Part shown: piece after piece, positions 18,727 to 29,281 of the stretch | Position numbering within the stretch: position 1 is the stretch's first letter | Layout of the letters: every line of letters starts with the position of its first letter | Source: Ostreococcus lucimarinus | Lineage: Eukaryota | Strand: one strand, 5' to 3' | NCBI GenBank assembly: GCA_000092065.1 | Contig: CP000596.1 | Length of the DNA: 64,000 nucleotides | The notes under the pieces: generated by a model | Database searches by the model: none | What the model saw: only the letters and a program-made list of their open reading frames with translations | What the model was told of the DNA's origin: nothing | Position numbers and translations under genes: made by a program

Positions 18727-18875
18727 AGAACGCGATGTGGGAGAGTTTCGAGATGTGTATCGATAGTTAGATAGTCAAAGCGGAAGATCGAGTGTAAAAC
18801 GTTGAAAGCAACACGATTAAGGCTACAAATTCCCCGCCTCTTACACAAAGCTATTCGCGACGTCGCCGCGCAATT

Positions 18876-19643
18876 CTAAAGCATTCTCTTCAACAAATCG
18901 TGATGATCGGCGTCAAAGTATTCACCTAGCTCCTCTTTCGTCACCCACGCGTGCTCGACGTAACCATCTTGCAATTCTAACTCACCCTCGATGTATGAAC
19001 CGCGGTAATAAAATGTCGTGCCGTCGGCGGTTTCGTAGTGACCCTGCGGCGCATTCCCGACCACCCAACACTCTAAAGAATCTCCCGCGAAAGCTTTCAG
19101 CGATCGCTCAGCCGTTTGGCGCATCGTCTCTCCGTCATCGTGTTTAGACTTTGGGAAGCCCCACTTGCCGTCTTTTTCCTTGACGACGAGGAAGAGGAAC
19201 TCGGGAAGTTTGCGATGCAGCGTACTTCTGTCGCCCGTGCGATCCGCCTCCGTCTCTCTCGGTGCCGGCTCAAAATCCGGCAAGTTGTCTAATAAACCTT
19301 TCGCTTCGACTATTTGATCGGGGAGTTTCACCCTAAACTTGTCGCGTCGCGCTTCGCTCCATTCCTTGTACTCGCGCTCCCACGCCGGGGCTTCGGGAAT
19401 TACGACTGGGATGCGCTCGACGAGCATAGAGCCGTACAACGAGTTATTCGCCGCCGCGCTCGCCGCGACGTACGATCGTGCGCTTGACGCCGCGGTCGAG
19501 CGTCCATCGCGGCAGGCACCGAGCGCGGACGCCGCGCACGACGTCCCACGATTGGCGTTGGCATGACCACGACGCTGAGCTAAACTGTGACGAAACGCCT
19601 GCGCGCGAGCGCGTCGCGCGGCCTTCAGCGCCTGACGAAACAT
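18876..19643 (-). CDS. Mitochondrial ribosomal protein L46-like (Nudix-fold)
   Basis: A presequence-like N-terminus is followed by FLFLVVKEKDGKWGFP...GETMRQTAERSLKAFAGDSLECWVVGNAPQGHY, which resembles MRPL46. Confidence 0.55.
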   Translation of the reverse strand: MFRQALKAARRARAQAFRHSLAQRRGHANANRGTSCAASALGACRDGRSTAASSARSYVAASAAANNSLYGSMLVERIPVVIPEAPAWEREYKEWSEARRDKFRVKLPDQIVEAKGLLDNLPDFEPAPRETEADRTGDRSTLHRKLPEFLFLVVKEKDGKWGFPKSKHDDGETMRQTAERSLKAFAGDSLECWVVGNAPQGHYETADGTTFYYRGSYIEGELELQDGYVEHAWVTKEELGEYFDADHHDLLKRML

Positions 19644-19824
19644 GTTTTTGACAGTGCGCGCAGGCTACCGAGCTAGTATCGAATCCGTCGCCGACACGTC
19701 TCGAGTTGAAGAGTGAGGAGGCACTGAAGACCTCTGCCGCCCTACTTTGAGCTTGTCAAAATCGAGGACGCGCTGCATCTAAATCTTCTATGATTGATTT
19801 CATGGCTACGTCTAATTGATCAAT

Positions 19825-21582
19825 CTATGAATTTTCTTGCGTCGCTGTCTTCTCAAAGTCAGCGTACGCCTGAGGACGACGAGTTTTCTCGTCATCATAA
19901 AACGTCAACGCAGAATCAAACGCACCGAGCAGCGGCCTAAGGCGCTGAGAAGCGATATGTCGGTGGGCGGAAGGGAGCGAACTTTTCACTCCTTCGAGTT
20001 TATCGTACAAGATCTCGACGGATTTGCAGACCTTCGTCGCTTTCTCCCATCGCACAGACGTTATCATCGGCGTGGACATCCAGAACTGACGTAGCAGCTC
20101 CCCACCAGTCGCCGCGCTCCGTCTCAGTTGCTCGTTCACATTCTCAGGAAACGCAGCCACATCATCAGCGTTACTAAAACTTTGCTGTGACGCAAATTGA
20201 GCGCTCAAATCTTCAACTTTAGCGAGTGATTGCGTGACCTCTTTCAACACTTGCAGTGCGATGTCGGGATCCAATGCGCGTTTTTGCTTCTTTTCGGGAT
20301 GCTGGAGCGTACTCAGAGCCGACGTCACGGCCTCTTTGAACGGTTCGATGACGACATGCGTCTTCGAAGGCTTACTCACCACGGGTTCTTCCGCGATAGA
20401 TGAAAAGTATTGATGCGAATCACGAATTTTGAGCTCCTTTGGCGGCGCCGCGGGCTTCGGTGCGGCGAGGTCGTCAATCGAGTAATCGGGCTCTTCGAAC
20501 CCTATTCTCGCGCTCTCTGCGCTCTTTTCATGATCTCTTGCGGCGATCGCCGCGGTGCGAGCATCGACGATGTTCACTTGCGGCTGACCTCGAAGCACAA
20601 CGGCGGCGTGATGGTTGAGCTCCAAGAATACCTCGGGTAACGGACCAGCTTCTTTCGGTCGGCGATCATCTCGAGAGCCGTCTCGTAGCAAACCATATCC
20701 CTCTCCGAGCCCGTCATCGAGGTCCGCTTTTAAGTTCACACCGGGCTCGATCGCTTTGATTTGTGCCTTAACCGTGGTTGCATCTGGTGGTTTTCGCGCA
20801 AAGAGAGCCAAATCTGCAGCTTCCTCTTCTCCTTGCGGTGGTGCTCCCGCGCGCATCTGTTTGAAATACTCCGATCGTAAGAATCTCGTCCAAAACTCGC
20901 GTTCTGTCATCTTTTTTGGCACATTATTCAAAAATGCTTCGCGCACCGAAGGTCTTTCGGCGAAGATTCTGTGCATCTTTTCGTTCGTCAAGTTACACGT
21001 CACCGTGTCTGACATCCCATCGCGTGCGCCTTTGAGATCGCCATCTAGCGTATTTTCGATTCCATGTTTCTGTCCAGTCGCTTTTCTCGCCACTACGTCG
21101 CTGAATAAATTCCTACGTGCTTCCCAGAAGTCTTCATTGCTGATCACTCCGGCTTTCACCGTCTCCTCGTACAGCTGCGCAATCTCTACGTTCGTCTTCA
21201 GCAACTGGCTTCGCGCCTCCAGCTCCGCCGCGCTCGGCACGCCTTTCATCTCTTCCTCTAATTTTCTTATCTGCGCCTTTATCGCATCGCTTAACCCATC
21301 TCTGTCGCTCTCCGCATCGAACGTCAGCACAAGCGCCCGCTTGGCGTCGTTGTCCGGCACCAACCTCAGGCTCGCCGTGGCGCTACCCGGTTTATTCCTT
21401 TGGTGCGCGGTAACGCTTAGCAAAGTCACGGTCTTCGCACCGGTGAGATTCCCGGTATCCGCGGGCGTCCACGTCACCGTGCGCGTGCGCACGCACGCCT
21501 CACCGCGCGTCTTCGCCCCAGCCACCGTGGACGCGCACGCACAGCGGTGGAAGACGACGTCGTCCACGTCGGCGTCGATCAT
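19825..21582 (-). CDS. General transcription factor TFIIH subunit p62/Tfb1-like (PH-like N-terminus, two BSD domains)
   Basis: BSD motif: NEKMHRIFAERPSVREAFLNNVPKKMTEREFWTRFLRSEYF. A second FW-containing block is present. The likely start is MIDADVDD at about 21582; the ORF extends to 21735. Confidence 0.6.
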   Translation of the reverse strand: MIDADVDDVVFHRCACASTVAGAKTRGEACVRTRTVTWTPADTGNLTGAKTVTLLSVTAHQRNKPGSATASLRLVPDNDAKRALVLTFDAESDRDGLSDAIKAQIRKLEEEMKGVPSAAELEARSQLLKTNVEIAQLYEETVKAGVISNEDFWEARRNLFSDVVARKATGQKHGIENTLDGDLKGARDGMSDTVTCNLTNEKMHRIFAERPSVREAFLNNVPKKMTEREFWTRFLRSEYFKQMRAGAPPQGEEEAADLALFARKPPDATTVKAQIKAIEPGVNLKADLDDGLGEGYGLLRDGSRDDRRPKEAGPLPEVFLELNHHAAVVLRGQPQVNIVDARTAAIAARDHEKSAESARIGFEEPDYSIDDLAAPKPAAPPKELKIRDSHQYFSSIAEEPVVSKPSKTHVVIEPFKEAVTSALSTLQHPEKKQKRALDPDIALQVLKEVTQSLAKVEDLSAQFASQQSFSNADDVAAFPENVNEQLRRSAATGGELLRQFWMSTPMITSVRWEKATKVCKSVEILYDKLEGVKSSLPSAHRHIASQRLRPLLGAFDSALTFYDDEKTRRPQAYADFEKTATQENS

Positions 21583-21755
21583 GACGTCAAAGATCGATCG
21601 CGCGAGCGTCGTCGGCGGCGATCGACGCGCGCGATCGAATCCACGCGATTCGCTCCGCCGCGTCGGCGAGGAATGGGGTCGACCGCCTTGCGTCGCAAAC
21701 GAAAATCGAATCGCGCCTCGAACGCGCCGCGCCACTCGAGGCCGCGTCGCGTGCG

Positions 21756-22337
21756 ATGTTCGCGCCGATGACGTCGCCCACAGCCAACAGGGCGATGACT
21801 TGGAGCGCCAACAGGCGAGCGCCCGGTCGAACGCGAGGTCGCCCGACGTGGTCGTCCAACGGATCGAGGACGCGCATGGAGGGCGGGTGGGTGAAGAATA
21901 AAGCCACGGTCGTCGCCCCGGTGCCGATTCAAGTGGCGTGGGAGCTGTGGCAAGATCGAACGAGGATCCCGAATTGGATGCCTTGGATCTCCTCGGTGTC
22001 GTATTTGCCCGACGACAAGACGAAGACGAAGTGGACGCTGTCGACGGATCAATTCGGCCAGCACTTTGAGTTTTCGTGGCTCGCGCAAGATTTAGAACCG
22101 GTCAAGTACGAGCGGATCTCGTGGGAGTCTTTGGAGGGATTAAAGAACAAGGGCTCGGTGAACTTTAGCAAGGAACCCGCCGGGACGAAGCTGGAGATGG
22201 AGATTAGCTACGAAGTCCCAGCCCCGCTCGTGCCGTTCGGCGCCGCGGTGTCGCCGCTCGTGGAGTCCATCCTGAGCGCCGACCTCAAGCGGTTCTCGAC
22301 GTTCTCGGAGAAGGTGGCCAAGGCCATGTCCAAGTGA
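21756..22337 (+). CDS. SRPBCC (polyketide-cyclase/COQ10/START-like) small protein
   Basis: 193 aa with a Bet v1-like pattern (VKNKATVVAPVPIQVAWELWQDRTRIPNWMPW...). The presequence-like N-terminus is probably non-native (ORF-track start). Confidence 0.55.
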   Translation: MFAPMTSPTANRAMTWSANRRAPGRTRGRPTWSSNGSRTRMEGGWVKNKATVVAPVPIQVAWELWQDRTRIPNWMPWISSVSYLPDDKTKTKWTLSTDQFGQHFEFSWLAQDLEPVKYERISWESLEGLKNKGSVNFSKEPAGTKLEMEISYEVPAPLVPFGAAVSPLVESILSADLKRFSTFSEKVAKAMSK

Positions 22338-22339
22338 TG

Positions 22340-23304
22340 GACGGCCCCAGTAAGTAGAGTATCGCCGCGAATGACTTTATTATTATTGTAAATCGAATGA
22401 ATCATACACACAAGAGCTTGTCCGCGACCGCGACGCAAACGTTATCGAGCATCACAAAACGCTCACGAACGGGCGCGAAACGCGCCAGATTCGTATCCAC
22501 GTACACGCAAATAAATTTCAGTAAAATCTGAGACATACACGACCGAATTCTACACGCGATCGAAAGCATACGCTCGAGATGATAGTGTTCGTTTACTTCA
22601 GGCCGTGGAATTAATTAATTAATTCAATCACTCGCGCACGTGCTTCGACGAATGCGATAAACGACCATAAGCGCACAGACCTGTTCAAAAACAATAGTGT
22701 GGCACATAGATTTACTCAAAGCTCGCCCGAACGCGAGAGAAGTACGTGTCCGCGATGTACTTTGGATGAAATAATTCGAGATATTACTTGCAATTATTGA
22801 AATATTTTGTTTTTCACAGCGCCACTCGATGTTTACAGTGTGACGAAAATCCAGAGAGTATTCACACATGTCGTCATGGTAAGTGCGCGCTCTAAAAACT
22901 AATCTCGATCGTTTACGTCGTCTACGCGTGAGTTTTTAATAATTAATTGTTGTCCAGAATTTTATTAATTAAATGTGCGCTCACGCGCACAGCCACTACG
23001 ATCGACACGCGCTGCACGTGTTCGCCGTGTTCTACTTTCTCGGCACTTGAGCTCCAGTGCGTCTTCGGGTGCACGGGCGTCGTGTTGAGCGAAGAACACC
23101 ACTCACGTCTTTCGAGCAATATTTATTTCTTCTTTCGATGTGCAATTAATTATAGGTCCATCGTCACTTCTTCGTTGTCTACGCGCGTATGGACGCGAAA
23201 AGGCGCAGTTATTTATCCGACTTATATTAAAACCCAAGGCTGTGCGTGGGGCTTCCTTCGCTCGATCACGAGGACGCAAACAGTTTACGCTCGTTCTCAT
23301 TAAA
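22340..23304. other. AT-rich (about 40% GC) ~1-kb convergent 3' intergenic region with repeated AATTAATT/TTAATTAA motifs
   Basis: ggaattaattaattaattcaatc (about 22606..22630), taataattaattg (about 22935), ttattaattaaatg (about 22960), caattaattatagg (about 23135). Only short, low-quality ORFs occur here. Confidence 0.7.
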
Positions 23305-25404
23305 TTATTCGTCAACAGCGAACGGGTGTGTGTCTACGTCGTCTAAGTCGATATCGAACGCAGATGCGTTCTGCCGTGCGCTACTACTATCTTTAGGGAT
23401 CCCGAATACGTTACTTTTATCGTCTTGGCCGTAGTTCACGAAGAAGTTGGACAGGAGCGAATGAGGTTGCGAGCTGAACGTTTTCGCAACAGACCGAAGA
23501 CGGGCGCATTCGCCGCGGAGTTCGCTTGTGGGCTTGGGAACTGGGAATCCGATGGCGCACTTCACCCCTTTTGCGTCCTCGGGACCACAAAACCAAGATT
23601 CCGCTTTTAGCGCGATGTTCATATCCGAATCAAAGCTTTTCGCCGCGGGAGAAGATGCTTCGCTGTCAAACGCACAAAACGACGTCAACGCACCATCGAC
23701 GACGAGCACTCGCTCTCGGGCAGAGCCTAGAGATTTCAGAACCTGCGTGTCGGTCGCAAACGGACCGAGTGCGTATTTTGCTTCTGAATCTTTGTCTACT
23801 GTCGACACCTCCGCGACGCTGTTTCTTATGGCGTCTGACGTTCGCGCGTTGTCGAGAAACGACCACTCTCTAAAGTTTGCCCCACCCTTCTCCATCGCCG
23901 GCAGGTTCATGATGTGATCCTGCGGACATCCTACGAACGGTGGATGCAGGTAACCTATCGCGCACGAAGGTAACGCATGGCCCCAATACCTATCGCACAT
24001 GCACGTGATGCGTGGCAAAATCACCGTACGATTCAACACTCGACCGAGCGCTAGAAGGTTTCTAATCGAGGCGCGATACCACGCGGCGGCGAGGAGATGA
24101 TTATGCACGCCAGTCGCGTTCCAGACGCTCGGTAATTCATCGCTCATGGCGATAAAGTTGCCTTGTGTGTAATAATCGTCCTCTTCGACATCCCACAAAC
24201 CGTGCTCGCGGAAACGTTGGCGTTTGCCGTGTACTTGCGAAAATTGAAAAGTTGCGTGCGCGCACAGCGGCTGTTCATCCAGTCTTGTTTCGCGCTCGTG
24301 TAATCGTTGAACGAAATACGTGTGTCCCGAAGCGAAGAGACGCATTGGCAACAGCGCAAACTGAACGCCTCCCTCGAGTCGTTTCACGCGCACGCGCCTT
24401 TTGATCTCGCGCGATTCCGATGTGGAGGATCGTTTGATGAGCAGTTTATTGAAAATCTCTTGGTCTCTCTCCGTGGTATCTTCCGTGGCTTTTTCCATCC
24501 CATCGACCCAATCAGCTATGAACTTTTTCGCCGGCTCCGTGGCGTTAAAGTAAAGAATCCCCGTGTTTGTCGGCGCTCCCCAACACTTTCCTTCGTCGTC
24601 GTCGCGAGCGTTGAGACAATCCGTGCTCGCGGCGACGTCGACGTCTGTCATCGCCTCGCGCATCCATTCCCTGGGATCTCTCAACCAAGCCACGTCAGCA
24701 TCACTCACTAATACATCGTGTCCACGGTCGAGAAGATCGAGCAAGAGCTTCACCCGCAGCGTCGTCATTTCGCGCATCGCCTTGGCGGCTTCTGCCACGC
24801 TCGCCGCCTGTCGCGCGCCGGAAGCGTCGCCGAGCGCCGTGCCTCCGGTGGCCATGACCCCTCCTTTGTACCTATAATTCGCGCCCCCAAAACATGGCAT
24901 GGAGTGCCGCTCGCAAAATCGCTCCGTGGCTTCGTCCAGAGCGAGCATGACGATGTTCTCATCCTTTTCGTTCGGCTGCGCTCCCTTGGCCTTGCGCAAC
25001 AACTTCAGCCAATTCAACGCGAACTCGTGAAAGCCGTCCGAGACATAGGACACGAAAACCAAACCATCCCGCGCGAGCATCGCGCTCAAAACGTCACCGC
25101 TCGCATCGCTCTCGTTAAACTTCGCCACCGACTTCGTGACTTCCTCGCCGGCGGACGCGACGTCCTCGACAGTCGCCGCGTAGTCGACCTCGACTTCGAC
25201 TTTGCCCGCGCCTTCGCTCGCCGCCTCGCGCGTCGTCTTCCTCGTCGCCATCGCCGCCCCTCCCGCCCGTCTCTCGCGCATCGTCCACGCCACAAAGATC
25301 CCAACGCACATCACGAACAAAATTCCGCTCATTCGTCGTCGTCGTCTCCCCTGCGCCGGCGCCATCGCGCGATGGTTGGGATGTCCTTCGCTTCGACGCG
25401 CCAC
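23305..25404 (-). CDS. Type-II membrane glycosyltransferase, nucleotide-diphospho-sugar transferase family (GT77-like)
   Basis: N-terminal signal anchor (ILFVMCVGIFVAW). DxD-containing block HDVLVSDADVAWLRDPREWM. A Cys-rich C-terminal domain is present. Confidence 0.55.
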   Translation of the reverse strand: MARRSEGHPNHRAMAPAQGRRRRRMSGILFVMCVGIFVAWTMRERRAGGAAMATRKTTREAASEGAGKVEVEVDYAATVEDVASAGEEVTKSVAKFNESDASGDVLSAMLARDGLVFVSYVSDGFHEFALNWLKLLRKAKGAQPNEKDENIVMLALDEATERFCERHSMPCFGGANYRYKGGVMATGGTALGDASGARQAASVAEAAKAMREMTTLRVKLLLDLLDRGHDVLVSDADVAWLRDPREWMREAMTDVDVAASTDCLNARDDDEGKCWGAPTNTGILYFNATEPAKKFIADWVDGMEKATEDTTERDQEIFNKLLIKRSSTSESREIKRRVRVKRLEGGVQFALLPMRLFASGHTYFVQRLHERETRLDEQPLCAHATFQFSQVHGKRQRFREHGLWDVEEDDYYTQGNFIAMSDELPSVWNATGVHNHLLAAAWYRASIRNLLALGRVLNRTVILPRITCMCDRYWGHALPSCAIGYLHPPFVGCPQDHIMNLPAMEKGGANFREWSFLDNARTSDAIRNSVAEVSTVDKDSEAKYALGPFATDTQVLKSLGSARERVLVVDGALTSFCAFDSEASSPAAKSFDSDMNIALKAESWFCGPEDAKGVKCAIGFPVPKPTSELRGECARLRSVAKTFSSQPHSLLSNFFVNYGQDDKSNVFGIPKDSSSARQNASAFDIDLDDVDTHPFAVDE

Positions 25405-25682
25405 CGACTTCGTCCCGGTTCGCGCGGTCCTCGCGCGTCGCGCGCGCGTCGCCGACGCGGTTCGTCGGTCCCGGCGCGCGCGTCGCGTCGCGTCCCGTCA
25501 GCGACTCGACCGGCCATCGTCGCGCGCGCCGTGCGAGGGGCGCGCGCTGGCGCCTCGATCCCCATCGCGCGCGGCGTCGAACCGTCGAATCGTCGTGCGG
25601 TCGCGGATACGACGCGATCCGACGACGCGGGCGGATAACGCGATAAAACGAGACGCGACGACGCGAGACGCGCGGGTCGGCG

Positions 25683-26102
25683 ATGACGACGACGACGACG
25701 ACGACGACGACGATGATGATGCGTCCGACGACGCGCGCGACGACGCGACGGACGACGACGGCGAGGCGCGCGATGGCTTTGGCGAGACGCGAGACGCGCG
25801 CGATGGGCGTCGTCGCGCGCGCGCGCGCGGGCGCGGAGGAGAAGGTGGCGGTGACGTCGGCGTGCGGCGCGGTGGCGCTGGCGACGATCAACGCGATGTT
25901 CCCGGAACACGCGAGCGCGCTGTCGATTCGGGACCCGGTGTTCGGGGACATCGAGGTTTGGCAGTTCTTGGTGCTCACGGCGGGATACTTCATCGGGATC
26001 GAGATTTACTTGGATAAGAAGTACGACGATAACAACAAGACGGTGATGCCGACCGTGCAAAAGAAGAAGGAAAGCGACGAGGAGACGAGCGCGGAAGAGT
26101 GA
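25683..26102 (+). CDS. Small single-pass membrane protein with presequence-like N-terminus (unknown family)
   Basis: ...DPVFGDIEVWQFLVLTAGYFIGIEIYLDKKYDD... is followed by a K/E-rich tail. The poly-Thr start from an (ACG)n repeat is doubtful; the start is more likely MALARRE. Confidence 0.35.
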   Translation: MTTTTTTTTTMMMRPTTRATTRRTTTARRAMALARRETRAMGVVARARAGAEEKVAVTSACGAVALATINAMFPEHASALSIRDPVFGDIEVWQFLVLTAGYFIGIEIYLDKKYDDNNKTVMPTVQKKKESDEETSAEE

Positions 26103-26230
26103 ATCGGGGCGCCGCGCGGAAGAATGTAGAGTGAAAAGAAGAAATTTAGTTGTTATGGTTGAACTCGATTGCACACAAACGCCGCGTCGAACGATATATA
26201 CACACTTTACTCCGCACGAACGCGCGCTCC

Positions 26231-28873
26231 TCATCTCGCGAATGGGTTTGACGCGACTTTGGACTTTTTCGCCGCCTTTGAGGGCGTCGGCGTCGCCACA
26301 GCGTCTCTCTTACCTTCCACAGTCGCGCGCTCGTTTGAGTCTTTGTTTTCGTCGCCCGAGCTGACGAGAGGCGGCGCCGCGCTCTTACGAGCGAGCGGAT
26401 TGCCTTTGGGAGCCGTTGGCGTCGATCGAACCATCGGCGCCGGAGTGTAGCTTTCGGGTTGCGTGTACCCTTGCGTCGGTTCTGGGTCGATTGTCGTTTC
26501 GATGAGCTCATTGATTCGCTCGACGAGCTCGGGTTGACGCGCCACCGCCGGGAGCTTGAGCACCGCTCGCAAACTGTTCGGCTGTCGGAACGTCTCCGCG
26601 ATGTCTGACGCGCGCGAGAGCTTGTTCGCCTTGCAGGCGGTGTGAAAGAGCTTGATGGCTGCTTTTTCGTTTGCTCCCAAAGCCAATCGAGTGTCTTCTC
26701 CGGCACTTTGTGCGACGGACAAAGCCAAGCTCGCTCGGGCGGCTTCGTCTTCGAGGTCACCGACCGATTGTTCGGGAATGATGATCGGCAAAGACATCGG
26801 AAGCATAGAAAGCACAGGTCTTGGGTTCGGCACCGGTCCCGCGCTCGTTCTTGTGATGATGCAATATAAGGTGGAAGCGCAAGATGAAACAATCCAGTGG
26901 TGCTGACCATCCGTGGCCCGCGCTGACGAAGAACGGAAGACGGGCGTCCATGAGCCACCGAATGCGTCGGTGCGCATACGAACGACACCTGCACTATCGC
27001 GAGTAACCAACATGCCTTCCTCAGAAAAGCCCAAGTACGTTAAAGTCGATTGGGTAGATAAAGCAACGCGACCACGCGCGAGTTCCGAGGAGTATCGCAC
27101 GTTGTACACGGCGTACGCGAGAACTTGACTACCTGGGGCTGGTCCGATCGGCGCCGCTTCGTGCCAGACGACAGCCAACGCATCGTCGCTACCGGAAATT
27201 GACACCGCGTCACCTTCGAGGGAGATTATTTGTCGCTGCGCACCACCTAAAGAGTAAATGCGAAGGTAACGCTTGGACGTCACAGCGGCGACCCAAGTCG
27301 AGCCGGTGGCGATTGAAAGTATATCCTCTCCCGCTGGCATCGTCACTTGCCACTCACCATCGTTCGCCCAGTTGTCATACTGTTGAAAGTAAAGCACGCT
27401 TTCGTTTTCGGAATCCTTCATCGGACTCGCGAGCGCGCATCCCTTCTCCCCCGCGACGCCCATCGTGTACCCGTTGTAGTCGGTGATGGTAGGGATGCGT
27501 CCCATGCGCGACGTGTCGTGGAACTGGAATTCAACAGAGTTGAATCCTCCTTCGACAGTGCTCGTAATAGATCCAACCATGGTGTAGGATAAAAACCGAC
27601 GGTTGCTTCCCGGAACCGCGGCAACGGATCCACTTTGGAACGCCGGTTGCGGCTTGGGACCGGCTTCGACGTGCACCACCGACTGCTTCACGTGACTCTG
27701 ACGGCGTCCTTTGACGTCATCGTCGTCGTCGTATTCGACGAAGTCATCTTCTTCATCCAAATCTTCATCCATACCGTCTGCTTCATCGTCGACGAAATCG
27801 CTCGCATTCGTCTCATCGATAGCGCTCACAAAGTCTATCTCGGAAGGCGAAACCTTCGCCGAGGGCGACGAGTACTTGGATGGAACGACGTCGTTCCACA
27901 TCGCCCACTCGCCGTTAACGTTGATGAGCGCCAAAGAGTTACCAGTAGGGTCGAACGAGGCGCCGCAGACGAGCTCGGTGTCCGTCATCTTCGCAATCGC
28001 CAACTTTTTCTTGACGTCCCACACGATGACACTCTTGTCCGCGCTCGCCGTGACCAAGTATTTCCCGTTCGGGGACCAACGGATGAGGGAAATCGCGTCG
28101 GTGTGCCCTTTCAGCTCCCATTCAATCTGTTTAAACGTACCACGCTCGAAGAACGTCACGTCGTTCTCCCGCCCCGGCACGGCTAGGATTTGTCCATCCG
28201 GTCGCCACGCCACGGCGTTCAAAAGCGGCGACTCGCCCGTGGCCAACGGCGCCTCGGTGGCGTGTAGTTTTACATCCCCAGCCTCCTCGTCCTCGCTCGT
28301 GGGCTTCAACAGCCACACGACAACCATGCCGTTCTCATCCGTTGCCGCCAAGTAATCTCCTCGCGGATCGAACGCCACGCTCTTGATGCACTTGCTTCGC
28401 TGACACGGAAACACGTGCAAGACGGTTTTGTCCTCCATCTTGATGACTTTCACCTCGGCGTCCTCCCCCCCCGCGGCGACGTACTTCCCGTCCGCGCTCC
28501 ACGCCACGCAGTGCACTGGCAATGAAAATCTCGTCACGTTCGCCTCGAACGCCTTCTTTTCCAGCGAAAACAGCTTCACCGAGTAATCCGAGCTCGCCGT
28601 CGCCGCGAGCGTCCCGCACGGCGACGCCGCGCACGCGTTGACGCAGTCCGCGTGCGCGTCGTCGAAGTTCTGTTCCACCTCTCCCGTCTCCGCGTCTCGC
28701 ACGATCACGAACGAATCCGCGCCGCACGTCACGATCTTCTTCCTCCCATCCACCGCGCCGCGCGCGACGTCGCACGCCCCCGCGATGTGGGCGTATTCGA
28801 ACGCGCCCTCGCGCGTCTCGAGCGCCGTGACGACGGCGTTCGCACATCTATCCATCGCCCCGCGTTCGAGCAT
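26231..28873 (-). CDS. Ctf4/AND-1/WDHD1-like replisome protein (N-terminal WD40 propeller + Mcl1 middle domain)
   Basis: WD40 blades (VAWSADGKYVAAGGEDAEVKVIKMED, WSPNGKYLVTASADKSVIVWDV). The central region (VEFQFHD...ITDYNGYTMGVAGEKGCALASP) is typical of Ctf4/Mcl1. 880 aa. Confidence 0.7.
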   Translation of the reverse strand: MLERGAMDRCANAVVTALETREGAFEYAHIAGACDVARGAVDGRKKIVTCGADSFVIVRDAETGEVEQNFDDAHADCVNACAASPCGTLAATASSDYSVKLFSLEKKAFEANVTRFSLPVHCVAWSADGKYVAAGGEDAEVKVIKMEDKTVLHVFPCQRSKCIKSVAFDPRGDYLAATDENGMVVVWLLKPTSEDEEAGDVKLHATEAPLATGESPLLNAVAWRPDGQILAVPGRENDVTFFERGTFKQIEWELKGHTDAISLIRWSPNGKYLVTASADKSVIVWDVKKKLAIAKMTDTELVCGASFDPTGNSLALINVNGEWAMWNDVVPSKYSSPSAKVSPSEIDFVSAIDETNASDFVDDEADGMDEDLDEEDDFVEYDDDDDVKGRRQSHVKQSVVHVEAGPKPQPAFQSGSVAAVPGSNRRFLSYTMVGSITSTVEGGFNSVEFQFHDTSRMGRIPTITDYNGYTMGVAGEKGCALASPMKDSENESVLYFQQYDNWANDGEWQVTMPAGEDILSIATGSTWVAAVTSKRYLRIYSLGGAQRQIISLEGDAVSISGSDDALAVVWHEAAPIGPAPGSQVLAYAVYNVRYSSELARGRVALSTQSTLTYLGFSEEGMLVTRDSAGVVRMRTDAFGGSWTPVFRSSSARATDGQHHWIVSSCASTLYCIITRTSAGPVPNPRPVLSMLPMSLPIIIPEQSVGDLEDEAARASLALSVAQSAGEDTRLALGANEKAAIKLFHTACKANKLSRASDIAETFRQPNSLRAVLKLPAVARQPELVERINELIETTIDPEPTQGYTQPESYTPAPMVRSTPTAPKGNPLARKSAAPPLVSSGDENKDSNERATVEGKRDAVATPTPSKAAKKSKVASNPFAR

Positions 28874-29042
28874 CGCTCGCTCGGTCGCTCGATCGCTCGA
28901 TCGATCGCTCGCGATCCGTCGCGCGCGCGTCGCTGCGGCGTCGGACGCGCGTCCCGATCGACGCCCGTCGTCGTCGCGGATTCAAATCAATCGAATCGCG
29001 CGCGCGAGCTGTCCCGCGCGTCCGCGCGTCCGACCGGACTTT

Positions 29043-29128
29043 GGAAAAATTTATATATCGCCCCTTGAGAGAGTACCTACACACATGACGAGTCATGAAC
29101 CGTGGATATGTACGTATTTTACACCGTT
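29043..29128 (-). repeat. Copy C (reverse orientation) of the ~87-bp TATA-containing dispersed element, in the bidirectional promoter between the Ctf4-like gene and the coiled-coil gene
   Basis: Plus strand: ggaaaaatttatatatcgccccttgagagagtacctacacacatgacgagtcatgaaccgtggatatgtacgtattttacacc. This is the reverse complement of copy B. Confidence 0.85.
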
Positions 29129-29281
29129 TAGTGCCATCTACAATAGAGTATTCCTACCTCGGTGAAAAACACGTTCGCCTCGCCGGCGGACGGGAACGAG
29201 CGCGCGCGTCGCGGGCCGGGCGGGGCGTCGACGCCGACGCGAGTGCGCGACGCCGCGCGGCGAGACCGAGGCGCGCGAACG

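Noticed and set aside
25115-26234. Overlapping minus-strand ORFs of 292 and 301 aa across the promoter and small TM gene
   Set aside because: R-rich GC-frame artefacts, including homopolymeric V/R runs from a (GAC)n repeat.
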